From assembly GCA_964566955.1 (NCBI GenBank), contig CAZMKQ010000002.1, positions 8,171-72,170 on the forward strand: a DNA stretch of 64,000 nt, read 5' to 3'. The notes beneath the pieces are model-generated. The model was not told the origin of the DNA. It saw only the letters and a program-made list of their open reading frames with translations, and ran no database searches. This DNA is from an uncultured Caldilineaceae bacterium (GTDB taxonomy: Bacteria; Chloroflexota; Anaerolineae; Caldilineales; Caldilineaceae). Below are positions 36,421 through 45,828 of this stretch, in pieces; positions within the stretch are counted from its first letter, which is position 1, and every line of letters begins with the position of its first letter. The translations under genes and the position numbers were made by a program.

Positions 36421-37791
36421 TCAGCGGAGATCCTGCCCCGCCATCAGTTGCTTCATCTGCCGCATGCGGCCACGCTTGCGGCCGCGGCCGCCTCCGGACA
36501 TCTCCTTAATCATGCCCTGAGCCTCGCGGAAGCGCTTGAGGAGGTCGTTGACGTCCTGTACGCGCGTGCCGCTGCCGGCCGCAATGCGTCGGCGTCGGCT
36601 GCCGTTGAGCACGTCGGGGTCGCGCCGTTCCTGAAGTGTCATGCTGTTGACGATGGCTTCGCTCTGCTTCAGGCTGTGCTCCATGTCCTCTTCGTCGAGC
36701 TCCGCGATCAGATTCCGGGCGCCCGGCAGGAGCTTCAGAAGGTCGGACAGGCTGCCCATCCGCTTGAGCGAACGCAACTGGTCGAGGAAATCCTCGAAGT
36801 CGAGCTGGCCGCGGGCCATTTTGTCGCCCAGCCGTTCGCTCTGCTCGTCGTCCAGAAACTGCTCGGCCTTCTCGATGAGGGTAAGGACGTCCCCCATGCC
36901 CAGAATGCGGCTGGCCATCCGTTCCGGCTCGAACACGTCGAGCCCGTCCATCTGCTCGCTGGTCCCCATGAATTTCACGGGGACCCCGGTCACCTGACGC
37001 ACACTGAGGGTGGCGCCCCCGCGGGCATCGCCATCCACCTTGGTCATGATCAACCCGGTGAGGGGCACACTGGCATGGAAGCCCTCCGCCACATTGACGG
37101 CTTCCTGGCCGGTCATGGCATCCACCACCAGCAGGGTCTCGGCCGGATTGACCCGCTCCTTGATCTCGCCGAGCTCCGCCATCAGCACGGAGTCGATTTG
37201 GGTTCGGCCGGCCGTGTCCAGGATGCAGACCGTATGTGCCTTGCTGCGGGCGAACTTCATTGCGCGGGCCGCGATGTCGGGCGCCCGGGCACCTTCGCGC
37301 TGGGCGAACACCGGAACGTCAATCTGCCGGCCCAGGGTCTCCAGCTGATCGATCGCAGCCGGGCGCTGGACGTCCGCGGCTACCAGGAGCGGAGTCTGGC
37401 CCCGCCGGCGCAGGTGCACGGCCAGCTTGGCTGCCATCGTGGTCTTGCCCACGCCCTGCAGGCCCACCAGGGCCAGGGCATGGGGTGCCTGGCCGGCAAA
37501 GTTCAGCGGCGCCGGTTCGCCCAGCAGCGAAATCAGCTCCGCATGCACGATTTTGACCACCTGCTGGCCGGGGGTAAGGCTCTGCAGGACTTCGGTTCCG
37601 GCGGCGCGTTCCCGGATGAGTTGGGTGAAGTCCTTGACCACCCGGTAGTTGACGTCCGCCTCCAGCAGTGCCATGCGGATTTCGCGCATGCCGGCCGTGA
37701 TGTCCTTCTCGTCCAGGCGCCCCTTGCGCGACAGGGCGTCGAACGTGTTCTGAAGTCTTTGGCTCAGCGAATCGAACATGCCTGCAAGCAC
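36421..37791 (-). CDS. ffh: Signal recognition particle protein Ffh
   Basis: Contains 'MFDSLSQRLQ', 'VGLQGVGKTT', 'DTAGR' and 'TKVDGDARGGA', followed by a Met-rich M-domain. Confidence 0.95.
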   Translation of the reverse strand: MLAGMFDSLSQRLQNTFDALSRKGRLDEKDITAGMREIRMALLEADVNYRVVKDFTQLIRERAAGTEVLQSLTPGQQVVKIVHAELISLLGEPAPLNFAGQAPHALALVGLQGVGKTTMAAKLAVHLRRRGQTPLLVAADVQRPAAIDQLETLGRQIDVPVFAQREGARAPDIAARAMKFARSKAHTVCILDTAGRTQIDSVLMAELGEIKERVNPAETLLVVDAMTGQEAVNVAEGFHASVPLTGLIMTKVDGDARGGATLSVRQVTGVPVKFMGTSEQMDGLDVFEPERMASRILGMGDVLTLIEKAEQFLDDEQSERLGDKMARGQLDFEDFLDQLRSLKRMGSLSDLLKLLPGARNLIAELDEEDMEHSLKQSEAIVNSMTLQERRDPDVLNGSRRRRIAAGSGTRVQDVNDLLKRFREAQGMIKEMSGGGRGRKRGRMRQMKQLMAGQDLR

Positions 37792-37925
37792 ATGGGGTCA
37801 AATCGGACGGCGGCGCGGTGCCCGTCCCACTCGAACGGGACCGCACATTGTAGCGGCGGCCGGGCAGCAGGCGCAATATTTGCGGTTTCCGGGCAGGCGT
37901 CGCGCCCGGCCGGGAGACCACGCGG

Positions 37926-38300
37926 TCAGAGGTTCTGGTCTTCGATGTTGTTGAGGGTGTCGTAGCGGAGTTCCGCTACGGAATCTTTATCGGCTTGCCC
38001 TGTATCCCGGATACCCTCGTCGGCCATCGGGTCCAGGTCGCCGTACAGCATGCGCTGGACCCGTTCGCGCGCCCGGCCCGACATGGACGGGGTGGCCTCC
38101 TGGGCCAGCAGCCGCAGCGCGTTGGCGATGATCAGGCTCTCCTCGACAACAGTGCGGTCGGCAGCCGCAAGAGACGCCAGATACCGATCCTGAAGTTCGC
38201 TGTTGCCTGCCAGGTGATCGGCTTGGTCGAACAACGCACCAAGGCGGCCGTCTTCCTCCGACAGCAGAGGAAACTCCGTTTGGTGATCGAACGGGGGCAT
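37926..38300 (-). CDS. Hypothetical small acidic protein downstream of the ECF sigma factor (possible anti-sigma factor or regulator)
   Basis: 124 aa, starting 17 nt after the stop of the sigma-factor gene. I recognise no motif; the suggested function rests on position only. Confidence 0.45.
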   Translation of the reverse strand: MPPFDHQTEFPLLSEEDGRLGALFDQADHLAGNSELQDRYLASLAAADRTVVEESLIIANALRLLAQEATPSMSGRARERVQRMLYGDLDPMADEGIRDTGQADKDSVAELRYDTLNNIEDQNL

Positions 38301-38316
38301 GTCGGCTTCTCCTTGG

Positions 38317-38868
38317 TCAACCCAGGTCCCGCGTCAGGGCGGCCCTGAGTTCCTTGATGGCCCTGAACTGCATCGCCCTGATGGATACCTCGGTCTTGCC
38401 CATGATCGCAGCCACTTCCTTAACGCCGTAGCCCTCAAGGAAGCGCAGGGATATTACCTGAGCCTGGGAGTCGGGCAGGCGTGCAATGGCCGCGCGCAGG
38501 GATTCGGCATCCAGGGAATCCCGCGTGGCATGGAACGGGTCCGGTTCGCGTGACGGCAGGTTCATGTGCGTGTCGATGGGGAAGAACGCGGCCCGCACGT
38601 CCCGGCGGATGTGGTCGCGGATTTGGTTGTTGGCAATGGTGTAGAGCCATGAGGTAAAGGTGTACTTCCACGGTTGGCCTCTGTTGATGGCCTCGTAGAC
38701 CTTGAGGAACACGTTGCCCGTGAGGTCCTCCGCCAGCTGAAGGTCGGGGACGCGCGTGTAGATGAACCGGAAAATGTGGCCCGAACACAGATCGAAAAGC
38801 TGGTTGAAGGCATCGGGATCGCCGTTCCGGGCGTCATCCAGAAGGTCGGTGGGGATCTTGACTCTCAC
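38317..38868 (-). CDS. RNA polymerase sigma-70 family (ECF-type) sigma factor
   Basis: Region 2 is 'FNQLFDLCSGHIFRFIYTRV.D..LAEDLTGNVFLK..' and 'FTSWLYTIANN'. Region 4 is 'QAQVISLRFLEGYGVKEVAAIMGKTEVSIRAMQFRAIKELR'. Confidence 0.9.
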   Translation of the reverse strand: MRVKIPTDLLDDARNGDPDAFNQLFDLCSGHIFRFIYTRVPDLQLAEDLTGNVFLKVYEAINRGQPWKYTFTSWLYTIANNQIRDHIRRDVRAAFFPIDTHMNLPSREPDPFHATRDSLDAESLRAAIARLPDSQAQVISLRFLEGYGVKEVAAIMGKTEVSIRAMQFRAIKELRAALTRDLG

Positions 38869-38998
38869 GTCGGGTCGGGGCTGTGAAGAAGGGAGAAAAA
38901 CGAGACCCGGCAGACTCGTCTGTACTTAACGATAGCAGTCGCAGGGCCGGCCGGGGCTGTGATTGCGAAATTCGACCGTGTTCCGGGGGGCCTTCGCC

Positions 38999-39607
38999 TC
39001 ATTCGCCCCGGACAGGTCCGCCATCGTGGCGGGCTACGTAGTGCAGCCGCTGGCCGATTGTGACCAGCAGCGCCAGACACATGGGGATCAGCACCACATC
39101 CGCCACGTTCAGCATGAGGCCGGCGCCCAGCAACACGATGCGTTCGCTGCGCTGCAGCCAGCCGGCCTTGCCGGGAATCTCAAGGCCTTCCGCCCGGGCC
39201 TTGACATAGGACACGACCACCGATGCCCCAATCACCGCGGCGGTCAACGGAATGCTCCAGCTCAACGGCAGGCGCATCGGTCCGCCAAGCTGCAGGTGGA
39301 TCAGCAGCCCCAACAGGACACAGATTTCGGATAGGCGGTCGAAAGTGCTGTCCAGGCAGGCTCCGTATCGCGTCACGCGGCCCGTGCTGCGGGCCAGCAG
39401 GCCGTCCAGGCTGTCCAGGCCCGATACCAGGATGTACGCCAGCCCTCCCCATCGGATCCATCCTGTCGCAATCAAGCAGGCCGTGGCTACGGCCAGCCAC
39501 AAGCCTATCCAGGAAATGAAGTTGGGGGTCAGCCGCAACCTCAGCAGGAACCGCACGACGGGTAGTTCGACGTGGGCCAACAGGGAACGACCCCAAGTCT
39601 CGATCAC
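38999..39607 (-). CDS. CDP-alcohol phosphatidyltransferase family protein
   Basis: '[30 protein letters not shown]' matches D-G-x2-A-R-x8-G-x3-D-x3-D. I prefer the GTG 39607 start; the ORF is open to 39688. Confidence 0.8.
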   Translation of the reverse strand: MIETWGRSLLAHVELPVVRFLLRLRLTPNFISWIGLWLAVATACLIATGWIRWGGLAYILVSGLDSLDGLLARSTGRVTRYGACLDSTFDRLSEICVLLGLLIHLQLGGPMRLPLSWSIPLTAAVIGASVVVSYVKARAEGLEIPGKAGWLQRSERIVLLGAGLMLNVADVVLIPMCLALLVTIGQRLHYVARHDGGPVRGE

Positions 39608-39856
39608 GGTTGTGCACAGCCTTGTTCCAGGGAATGTCGCTACATTCTGACAGCATCGGTACACCGCAGGGCGGTCCGCTGCGTACACAGGGGCCCGGAA
39701 GGCATGTTTGGGGGTGTGGCTGTGAGGGGCGGCGGGATCCGGTGCTGGCCGATATTAAGGTGCCGGGACCGGGTTCGCGTAAGATGGAATCTGGCTCGAT
39801 GCGTGCGGCCGCGCCATCTTGCCCTCCGGCACATCCTTTCATACCACACCCTGGAC

Positions 39857-40846
39857 ATGTCCCTTTCCGCCCCGATCAAAGTGGCAGTCACCGGTGCTGC
39901 CGGCAACGTCGGCTATGCACTGGTTTTCCGCATCGCGGCCGGACAGATGCTGGGTCCCGACCAGCCGGTCCGTCTGTCGCTGATTGAAATTCCACCGGTC
40001 ATGCGCCAGGCGGAAGGCGTGGCCATGGAACTGGAGGACTGTGCCTTGCCGCTGCTGGCTGGAATCGACGTGACCGATTCCGCCGAGGAGGGTTTCGACG
40101 GTGTGCAGCACGCGCTGCTGGTGGGTTCCCGGCCCCGCGGGGCCGGCGAGTCCCGGGCGGACCTGGTCGGCAGCAACCTGCCGATTTTCCGGAGCCAGGG
40201 CCAAGCCCTGAACGCACGGGCCGCCGATGACGTGCGGGTGACGGTGGTCGGCAATCCGGCGAACCTCAACGCCTTGATTGCCCATCGCCATGCACCGGAC
40301 ATTCCGGCCTCAAGGTTTACGGCCCTGACGCGCCTCGACCACAACCGGGCGGTGAGCCTGGTTGCGCGTACAGCCGGAGTGCGGCCTGACCAGGTGGCGG
40401 ACGTGGCCATCTGGGGCAATCACAGCGCTACGCAGTACCCGTGCCTGGCCCATGCCACGATCGACGGGCACAGGGACTGGCCCCTGTTTTCGGATCAGGG
40501 CTGGATAGAGGAGCAATTCATACCCAGGATCCAGAACCGCGGCGCGGAAGTCATTGAGGTCCGAGGGGCCAGCAGTGCGGCCAGTGCGGCCGTGGCCGTT
40601 ACCGACCACGTGTGGGATTGGCACTTGGGCACCGGCGGCGATCGGACCACCAGCATGGCCATCGTGGGCGAAGGGCAGTACGACACTCCGCCCGGTGTGG
40701 TCTTCAGCTTTCCGGTCAGGGTCCGGGACGGGGAAATCGAGGTTGTCCCAGGCCTTCAACTTACGCCTTTCGATCGTCGCATGGTGGACATCACAGGGCA
40801 GGACCTGCTGGAGTTGAGTTGCACGGCCGACGCGCTCTTGAGTTGA
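39857..40846 (+). CDS. mdh: Malate dehydrogenase (NAD-dependent, long 'cytosolic-type' family)
   Basis: Contains '[21 protein letters not shown]', 'GSRPRG.G..R.DL', '[12 protein letters not shown]', 'TRLDHNRA' and '[11 protein letters not shown]'. The start is ATG 39857; the listed 39572 start is over-extended. Confidence 0.9.
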   Translation: MSLSAPIKVAVTGAAGNVGYALVFRIAAGQMLGPDQPVRLSLIEIPPVMRQAEGVAMELEDCALPLLAGIDVTDSAEEGFDGVQHALLVGSRPRGAGESRADLVGSNLPIFRSQGQALNARAADDVRVTVVGNPANLNALIAHRHAPDIPASRFTALTRLDHNRAVSLVARTAGVRPDQVADVAIWGNHSATQYPCLAHATIDGHRDWPLFSDQGWIEEQFIPRIQNRGAEVIEVRGASSAASAAVAVTDHVWDWHLGTGGDRTTSMAIVGEGQYDTPPGVVFSFPVRVRDGEIEVVPGLQLTPFDRRMVDITGQDLLELSCTADALLS

Positions 40847-40878
40847 CAACGGGGCCCTGGGTCGGGTAGTCTGGCCGC

Positions 40879-41052
40879 ATGAGCAATGCGATTGTGTCGC
40901 GGATCAACAGGTCCGCTCGTCAAACCGGCGATCGCGCCGCACAAGGTGGTGCCGGGTCGGCGCGCGCCTTCTCGTTTAGCGACTATTACTATTACCGATT
41001 TGCAGGGACGGGACCGCACCGCGAACCAGGGAGTTGCGCACAGGCCAACTGA
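40879..41052 (+). CDS. Candidate attenuation leader peptide (57 aa) rich in Tyr/Phe codons
   Basis: ATG 40879 to TGA 41050-41052. Codons 31-41 read F-S-F-S-D-Y-Y-Y-Y-R-F (ttc tcg ttt agc gac tat tac tat tac cga ttt, 40969-41001). It is absent from the ORF track only because it is under 60 aa. No strong Shine-Dalgarno sequence precedes the ATG. Confidence 0.45.
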   Translation: MSNAIVSRINRSARQTGDRAAQGGAGSARAFSFSDYYYYRFAGTGPHREPGSCAQAN

Positions 41053-41076
41053 TGCCGGACAACCAGGAGGCGCAGG

Positions 41077-41106
41077 AGCGGTCCAGAATTGGATCGCTTT
41101 TTTTTT
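41077..41106 (+). terminator. Intrinsic terminator (attenuator) in the leader of the aromatic amino-acid operon
   Basis: agcggtcca-gaat-tggatcgct forms a 9-bp stem with one G-U pair, followed by a run of 8-9 T. It lies 43 nt upstream of the aroH ATG. Its 5' arm (gcggtcc, 41078-41084) is also complementary to ggaccgc at 41011-41017, giving a possible antiterminator. Confidence 0.75.
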
Positions 41107-41148
41107 GCTCGCCGCGGTACGCCGCTTCTTTCGGCCTGAAATCCAATC

Positions 41149-41583
41149 ATGATTGTTTGCAGAGGCGTGCGCGGCGCCACCACAGTAGTCGAGAACGAAG
41201 CCCGCGAGATCCTGGCGGCCACGCGGCAACTCCTGGCCCTGATGATCCGATTGAACGGCATCGAGCCGGTGGACGTGGCCTCGGGTGTCTTTACGACCAC
41301 GTCGGACCTGAATGCCGTATTTCCTGCGACCGCGGCCCGTCAGTTGGGCTGGATGTCCGTGCCGCTGCTGTGCGGCCATGAAATGGAAGTTCCGGACAGT
41401 CTTCCCAGGTGCATCCGCATCCTGCTGCACTGGAACACGGACCGCGGCCAGGACGAAATCCATCACGTGTACCTGAAGGAGGCAGTGCAGCTGCGCCCCG
41501 ACCAGTCGGAGTTGCCGCCGGTGGACATGCAACAGCTGAACCAGTGGGTGGAAGACCAGATGCGCAGGCATGGGGGTGTGTGA
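41149..41583 (+). CDS. aroH: Chorismate mutase, AroH class
   Basis: '[21 protein letters not shown]', '[11 protein letters not shown]', '[11 protein letters not shown]' and '[12 protein letters not shown]' resemble B. subtilis AroH as I recall it. Confidence 0.9.
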   Translation: MIVCRGVRGATTVVENEAREILAATRQLLALMIRLNGIEPVDVASGVFTTTSDLNAVFPATAARQLGWMSVPLLCGHEMEVPDSLPRCIRILLHWNTDRGQDEIHHVYLKEAVQLRPDQSELPPVDMQQLNQWVEDQMRRHGGV

Positions 41584-42455
41584 TGAGAGTTGCCTTTCAA
41601 GGAGAGCACGGTGCCTATTCCCATGCGGCCATCCTCATGCATTTTGGAGAGGACGCCGGGATCCGGACGGTGCCCTGCCGCAGCTTTGCTGAACTCTTTG
41701 CCGCGGTGGACGCCGGCGAGGCGGAGTTCGGCATGGTGCCCGTGGAGAACTCGCTGGGCGGCGCGGTCACCGGCATCAACGACCTTTTGCTGAACTACGA
41801 CTTCAAGGCTTCGGCGGAAATCCTGTATCCGGTGCGCCACAACCTGGTCGTGGCCCGGCCGCCGGAGGGCTCCCCGCGGGAGGCAATCACCCACGTGCGC
41901 AGCCATCCCCAGGCCCTGGAACAGTGTCGGGAGTACCTGGCCCGCCAGAGCCTCGTGCCGGTGGACTGGTATGACACGGCCGGGGCCGCCAAGTCGCTGG
42001 TGGAGGAACCCGCGCCGGGAACCGCCGCGCTGTCCAGTCGGATCGCCGCCGACACCTGGGATCTCGAAATCGTGGACAGCGACGTAGCCGACGGACCGGG
42101 AAATTTGACCAGGTTTCTTTTGATTGGCCACGAAACCGCCGAACGCACGGAGGACAGCAAGACAGGGGTGCTGTTTGCGGTTCCGGACCAGCCCGGCAGT
42201 CTGGTCAAGGCCCTGCAGGTGTTTTCCGATCGGAATATCAACCTCACCAACATCAGCAGCTTCCCGCGCCGCAATCGCAGGTGGAACTATGTGTTCTTCA
42301 TGGAATTCCTCGGCCACGTCGAGGACCCGACGGTCTCGGAGGCGGTCACGCAACTGCTGGTCAACACCGCCTTCCTCAAGCTGCTCGGCAGTTTTCCGAG
42401 GGCGCCCGAACCGGATGATCTGTCGCCGGGCCGCATCCCCGGATTTGGAAAGTAG
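41583..42455 (+). CDS. pheA: Prephenate dehydratase (PDT plus ACT domains)
   Basis: Contains '[14 protein letters not shown]', 'GMVPVENSLGG.V' and 'TRFLLIG', with the ACT-domain motif 'ESRP'-like 'ISSFPRR'. The ATG overlaps the aroH stop (TGATGA). Confidence 0.9.
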   Translation: MRVAFQGEHGAYSHAAILMHFGEDAGIRTVPCRSFAELFAAVDAGEAEFGMVPVENSLGGAVTGINDLLLNYDFKASAEILYPVRHNLVVARPPEGSPREAITHVRSHPQALEQCREYLARQSLVPVDWYDTAGAAKSLVEEPAPGTAALSSRIAADTWDLEIVDSDVADGPGNLTRFLLIGHETAERTEDSKTGVLFAVPDQPGSLVKALQVFSDRNINLTNISSFPRRNRRWNYVFFMEFLGHVEDPTVSEAVTQLLVNTAFLKLLGSFPRAPEPDDLSPGRIPGFGK

Positions 42456-42524
42456 CCGCACGGCCCATGCACGTCTCGCACCCCTTGACCATTCAACCCA
42501 GCCAAGCAAAGGAACACCAACACC

Positions 42525-43541
42525 ATGATTGTCGTGATGAAACAGACAGCCGACGCAGACGACACTGCCCGGGTCGCCCGGCACATCGAGGAACGGGGCT
42601 TCAGCCTGCACATCAGCAAGGGCGAAGCCAGAACGATCATCGGCATCATCGGTGCCAATGAACATGAGCTGGACAGCGATTCGTTCGAGGTTCTGCCGGG
42701 TGTGGAGAAGACCATGCGCATCATGCAGCCGTTCAAGGCGGCCAGCCGTGACTTCACCCAGAAGAAGACCGTGATCAACGTCAACGGTTCCCAAATCGGT
42801 GGGGATCGGGTGGCCGTGTTTGCGGGTCCCTGCAGCGTGGAGACGCGCGAGCAGATCTTGGAGACGGCCTACGCGGTGGCCGACACCGGGGCGCAGTTCC
42901 TGCGCGGCGGCGCCTTCAAGCCCCGTTCATCGCCCTACAGTTTCCAGGGACTGGGCCACGAAGGGCTGGAACATTTGGCGGAAGCGCGCGAAAAGACAGG
43001 CCTGTCCATCATCACCGAGGTGATGAGTGTCGAGGACATTGAATTGGTGGAACAGTACACCGACATCTTTCAGGTTGGCGCCCGCAATACCCAGAACTAT
43101 CCTCTGCTCAAGGCCCTGGGTCGGGCCAGCAAGCCCGTGTTCCTCAAGCGGGGTCTCGCCGGCACGCTGGAAGAACTGCTCATGAGCGCGGAGTACATCC
43201 TGAGCGAGGGCAACATGAACGTGATGCTGTGTGAGCGCGGGATCCGCACCTTCGAGACCTACACCCGCAACACCTTCGATGTCAACGCGATCCCGGTGTT
43301 GCAGAACCTAACCCATCTGCCGGTGATCGCGGATCCGGCACACGGCACCGGCAAGTGGGACCTGGTGAACCCGATTTCGAAGTCGGCGGTGGCCGCCGGT
43401 GCCGACGGTGTGATGATCGAGGTTCATCCCAACCCCGCCCAGGCCAAGAGCGACGGGGCGCAGAGCCTGACGCTCAAGAATTTCGCGGCGCTGATGAAGG
43501 ACCTGAAGCGGGTGGCCGCAGCGGTCGACCGCTCCATCTAG
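42525..43541 (+). CDS. aroF: 3-deoxy-7-phosphoheptulonate (DAHP) synthase, type I-beta, with an N-terminal ferredoxin-like regulatory domain
   Basis: Contains 'MIVVMK...', 'VFAGPCSVE', '[19 protein letters not shown]', 'FQVGARN' and 'DPAHGTG'. Confidence 0.9.
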   Translation: MIVVMKQTADADDTARVARHIEERGFSLHISKGEARTIIGIIGANEHELDSDSFEVLPGVEKTMRIMQPFKAASRDFTQKKTVINVNGSQIGGDRVAVFAGPCSVETREQILETAYAVADTGAQFLRGGAFKPRSSPYSFQGLGHEGLEHLAEAREKTGLSIITEVMSVEDIELVEQYTDIFQVGARNTQNYPLLKALGRASKPVFLKRGLAGTLEELLMSAEYILSEGNMNVMLCERGIRTFETYTRNTFDVNAIPVLQNLTHLPVIADPAHGTGKWDLVNPISKSAVAAGADGVMIEVHPNPAQAKSDGAQSLTLKNFAALMKDLKRVAAAVDRSI

Positions 43542-43587
43542 ATAGTCCGGCTCGGACTGCAATTGACCCACCCGGTCGAGAAGACCC

Positions 43588-44487
43588 ATGTCGTTTACAT
43601 TGGCCGACTGCCGCGTGGCGGTGGTCGGCCTGGGCCTGATCGGCGCCAGCCTGTGCGCCGACCTCACCCGCCTCAAGGTGTGTCGCGAGGTGCGCGGCGT
43701 CAGCCGTTCGTCCAGTACGGTGGCACGCGGCATCGCGGAGGGCATCATCGACCAGGGAACCACCAGTTTGCAGACCGGCGTCCAGGGAATCGATATCGTG
43801 ATTCTGGCTTCGCCGGTCCGCATCGCAATCGGACAGCTGGAACGGATTTCCGGCCATCTCAAGGTGGGGGCCATCGTTGCTGATGTTGGCAGCACCAGCG
43901 TCGAAGTGGTCAAGGCCATGGAAAGGATGCCGGCGCATGTCCAGCCGATTGCCACGCATCCGATGGCCGGTAAGGAAACCAGTGGTTTCGACTCGGCGGA
44001 ACGGGGACTGTTTGACAACGCAACCTGGATTTTGACCCCTCTGGAACGGACTTCGAGTCGGACCGTGGATGTGTTTCGCGAACTGGTCGTGGCCGTCGGG
44101 GCCCACCCGTTGATGATGGAGCCCCGCAAGCACGATCGGGTGGTGGCCGCCATCAGTCACGTGCCGTTCCTGCTGTCCAGTGCACTGGTGGGCAGCGTCG
44201 TCCGGGCCGGTGCACAGGATCCGGAGGTCTGGGAATGCGCGGCCGGCGGTTTCCGCGACACGTCAAGGGTTGCGGCCAGCGAAGCCGGCATGTTCATAGA
44301 CATTCTGATGACCAATCGAGAGAACGTCCACCGCCAACTGGACCGGTTTATCGAGGAGATTCGGGAGCTGCGTTCCATGCTGGTAGAGCGGCAGGAGGAT
44401 GCACTGGTGGCCCGGTTGTCCTCGAACCGGGATGCACGGCTGGCCTGGTATGCGGCTTGGATGGAGCGCAACCGACCGGAGATTTGA
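43588..44487 (+). CDS. tyrA: Prephenate dehydrogenase
   Basis: Contains 'VAVVGLGLIGASL', 'DVGSTS', 'HPMAGKE' and 'HDRVVAAISHVPFLLS'. Confidence 0.85.
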   Translation: MSFTLADCRVAVVGLGLIGASLCADLTRLKVCREVRGVSRSSSTVARGIAEGIIDQGTTSLQTGVQGIDIVILASPVRIAIGQLERISGHLKVGAIVADVGSTSVEVVKAMERMPAHVQPIATHPMAGKETSGFDSAERGLFDNATWILTPLERTSSRTVDVFRELVVAVGAHPLMMEPRKHDRVVAAISHVPFLLSSALVGSVVRAGAQDPEVWECAAGGFRDTSRVAASEAGMFIDILMTNRENVHRQLDRFIEEIRELRSMLVERQEDALVARLSSNRDARLAWYAAWMERNRPEI

Positions 44488-44505
44488 CGAGCGAGGGAGC
44501 AAGGC

Positions 44506-45828
44506 GTGGATACACTAAGGATTCAGGGCGGCGCGGCGTTGGCGGGCGGGATCCGCGTTCCCGGCGACAAATCGATCAGCCATCGTGCGGTACTGTTGGG
44601 AGCCTTGGGCGACGGCGCGACCAGGGTGACCGGATTCCTGGACGGGCGCGACTGCCTGGCAACCGTTGGCATCATGCAGTCGCTGGGTGTGGGCATCGAG
44701 CGCCATTCCGCTGCCGACCTGACAGTTCACGGAGTGGGCCTGCACGGTTTGCGATCGCCGGACGGGCCACTGGACTGCCGGAATTCCGGTACCACGATGC
44801 GTCTGCTGAGCGGCCTCATGGCCGGGCAGCGGTTCGCGTCCGAGTTGACCGGATCGCCCCAGCTGTGCACGCGGCCCATGGACCGCGTGGTCGCTCCCCT
44901 CCGGAAAATGGGCGCGTCCATCTCCGGTGCCGACGGAGGTGGTACGGCGCCATTGCTGGTTCGGCCCGCGGCCCGCCCCCTCCATGGGGTGCGGTATGCG
45001 ATGCCGGTGGCCAGTGCCCAGGTCAAGTCCTGTTTGCTCCTTGCCGGGTTGTACGCCGATTCGGCAACCACCGTGATCGAACCCGGTCCGACCCGGGATC
45101 ACACGGAGTGCATGCTGCGCGGGATGGGCGTGCGCGTTTTGAACGAGGGACGGCGCATCACACTGGAGCCTCCGCAACGCCTGCAGGGGACCAACGTGGC
45201 CATTCCGGGCGACCCGTCGTCGGCCGCGTTCCTGATCGTGGCGGCCTGCATTGTTCCCGGCAGCCGGGTGCGGATTGTGGATGTGGGGCTCAATCCCACC
45301 CGTACCGGACTGATGGAGGCCCTCTTGCGGATGGATGCCGACATTCGGGTGGAGAACCGCTGGGAGGCCGCAGGGGAAGCCGTCGGAGACGTGTTGATCG
45401 GGCATGCTCCGCTCCGCGGTGCCGAGTTCGGCGGGGACCTGATCGTGCGCATGATTGACGAGTTGCCGCTGCTGGCGCTCGCCTGCAGTCAGGCCGAGGG
45501 GCCCTCCCGCATTCGCGACGCCCAGGAGCTGAAGGTCAAGGAGTCCAACCGCATCCTGGACACCGAGCGGCAGCTGGCCCGGCTGGGAGCTGTCGTCCAC
45601 GGTACGGAGGACGGCTTCGCGATTGACGGCGGCAGCAGACTGTACGGGGCCTGTGTGGACAGTCGCGACGACCATCGCCTGGCGATGTTGCTGGCCGTGG
45701 CCGGCCTGGCAGCCCAGGGTGAGACGGTGGTGGCAGGCGCGCAAGTGACGGACGACAGTTTCCCCGGGTTTGCCGAAGCCCTGCAGGCTCTGGGTGGCGC
45801 AGCGGAACGGGAAGCGGCAGATGCCTGA
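44506..45828 (+). CDS. aroA: 3-phosphoshikimate 1-carboxyvinyltransferase (EPSP synthase)
   Basis: Contains 'PGDKSISHRAVLLGAL', 'NSGTTMRLL', 'SAQVKSCLLLAG', 'KESNR' and 'DDHRLAM'. GTG start with GGGAG upstream. Confidence 0.95.
   Translation: MDTLRIQGGAALAGGIRVPGDKSISHRAVLLGALGDGATRVTGFLDGRDCLATVGIMQSLGVGIERHSAADLTVHGVGLHGLRSPDGPLDCRNSGTTMRLLSGLMAGQRFASELTGSPQLCTRPMDRVVAPLRKMGASISGADGGGTAPLLVRPAARPLHGVRYAMPVASAQVKSCLLLAGLYADSATTVIEPGPTRDHTECMLRGMGVRVLNEGRRITLEPPQRLQGTNVAIPGDPSSAAFLIVAACIVPGSRVRIVDVGLNPTRTGLMEALLRMDADIRVENRWEAAGEAVGDVLIGHAPLRGAEFGGDLIVRMIDELPLLALACSQAEGPSRIRDAQELKVKESNRILDTERQLARLGAVVHGTEDGFAIDGGSRLYGACVDSRDDHRLAMLLAVAGLAAQGETVVAGAQVTDDSFPGFAEALQALGGAAEREAADA

Noticed and set aside
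40941-40956. T-box-like sequence AAGGUGGUGCCGGG in the aroH leader
   Set aside because: It lies about 130 nt upstream of the terminator and only about 95 nt from the mdh stop. That leaves no room for Stem I or a specifier loop, and it cannot form the antiterminator bulge. The leader-peptide model explains the region better.
40886-41152. 88-aa ORF in the track that spans the whole aroH leader and ends in an ATGA overlap with aroH
   Set aside because: It reads straight through the intrinsic terminator and its T-run ('FFLL'). It has no recognisable family or ribosome-binding site. It is most likely a chance open frame in GC-rich DNA.
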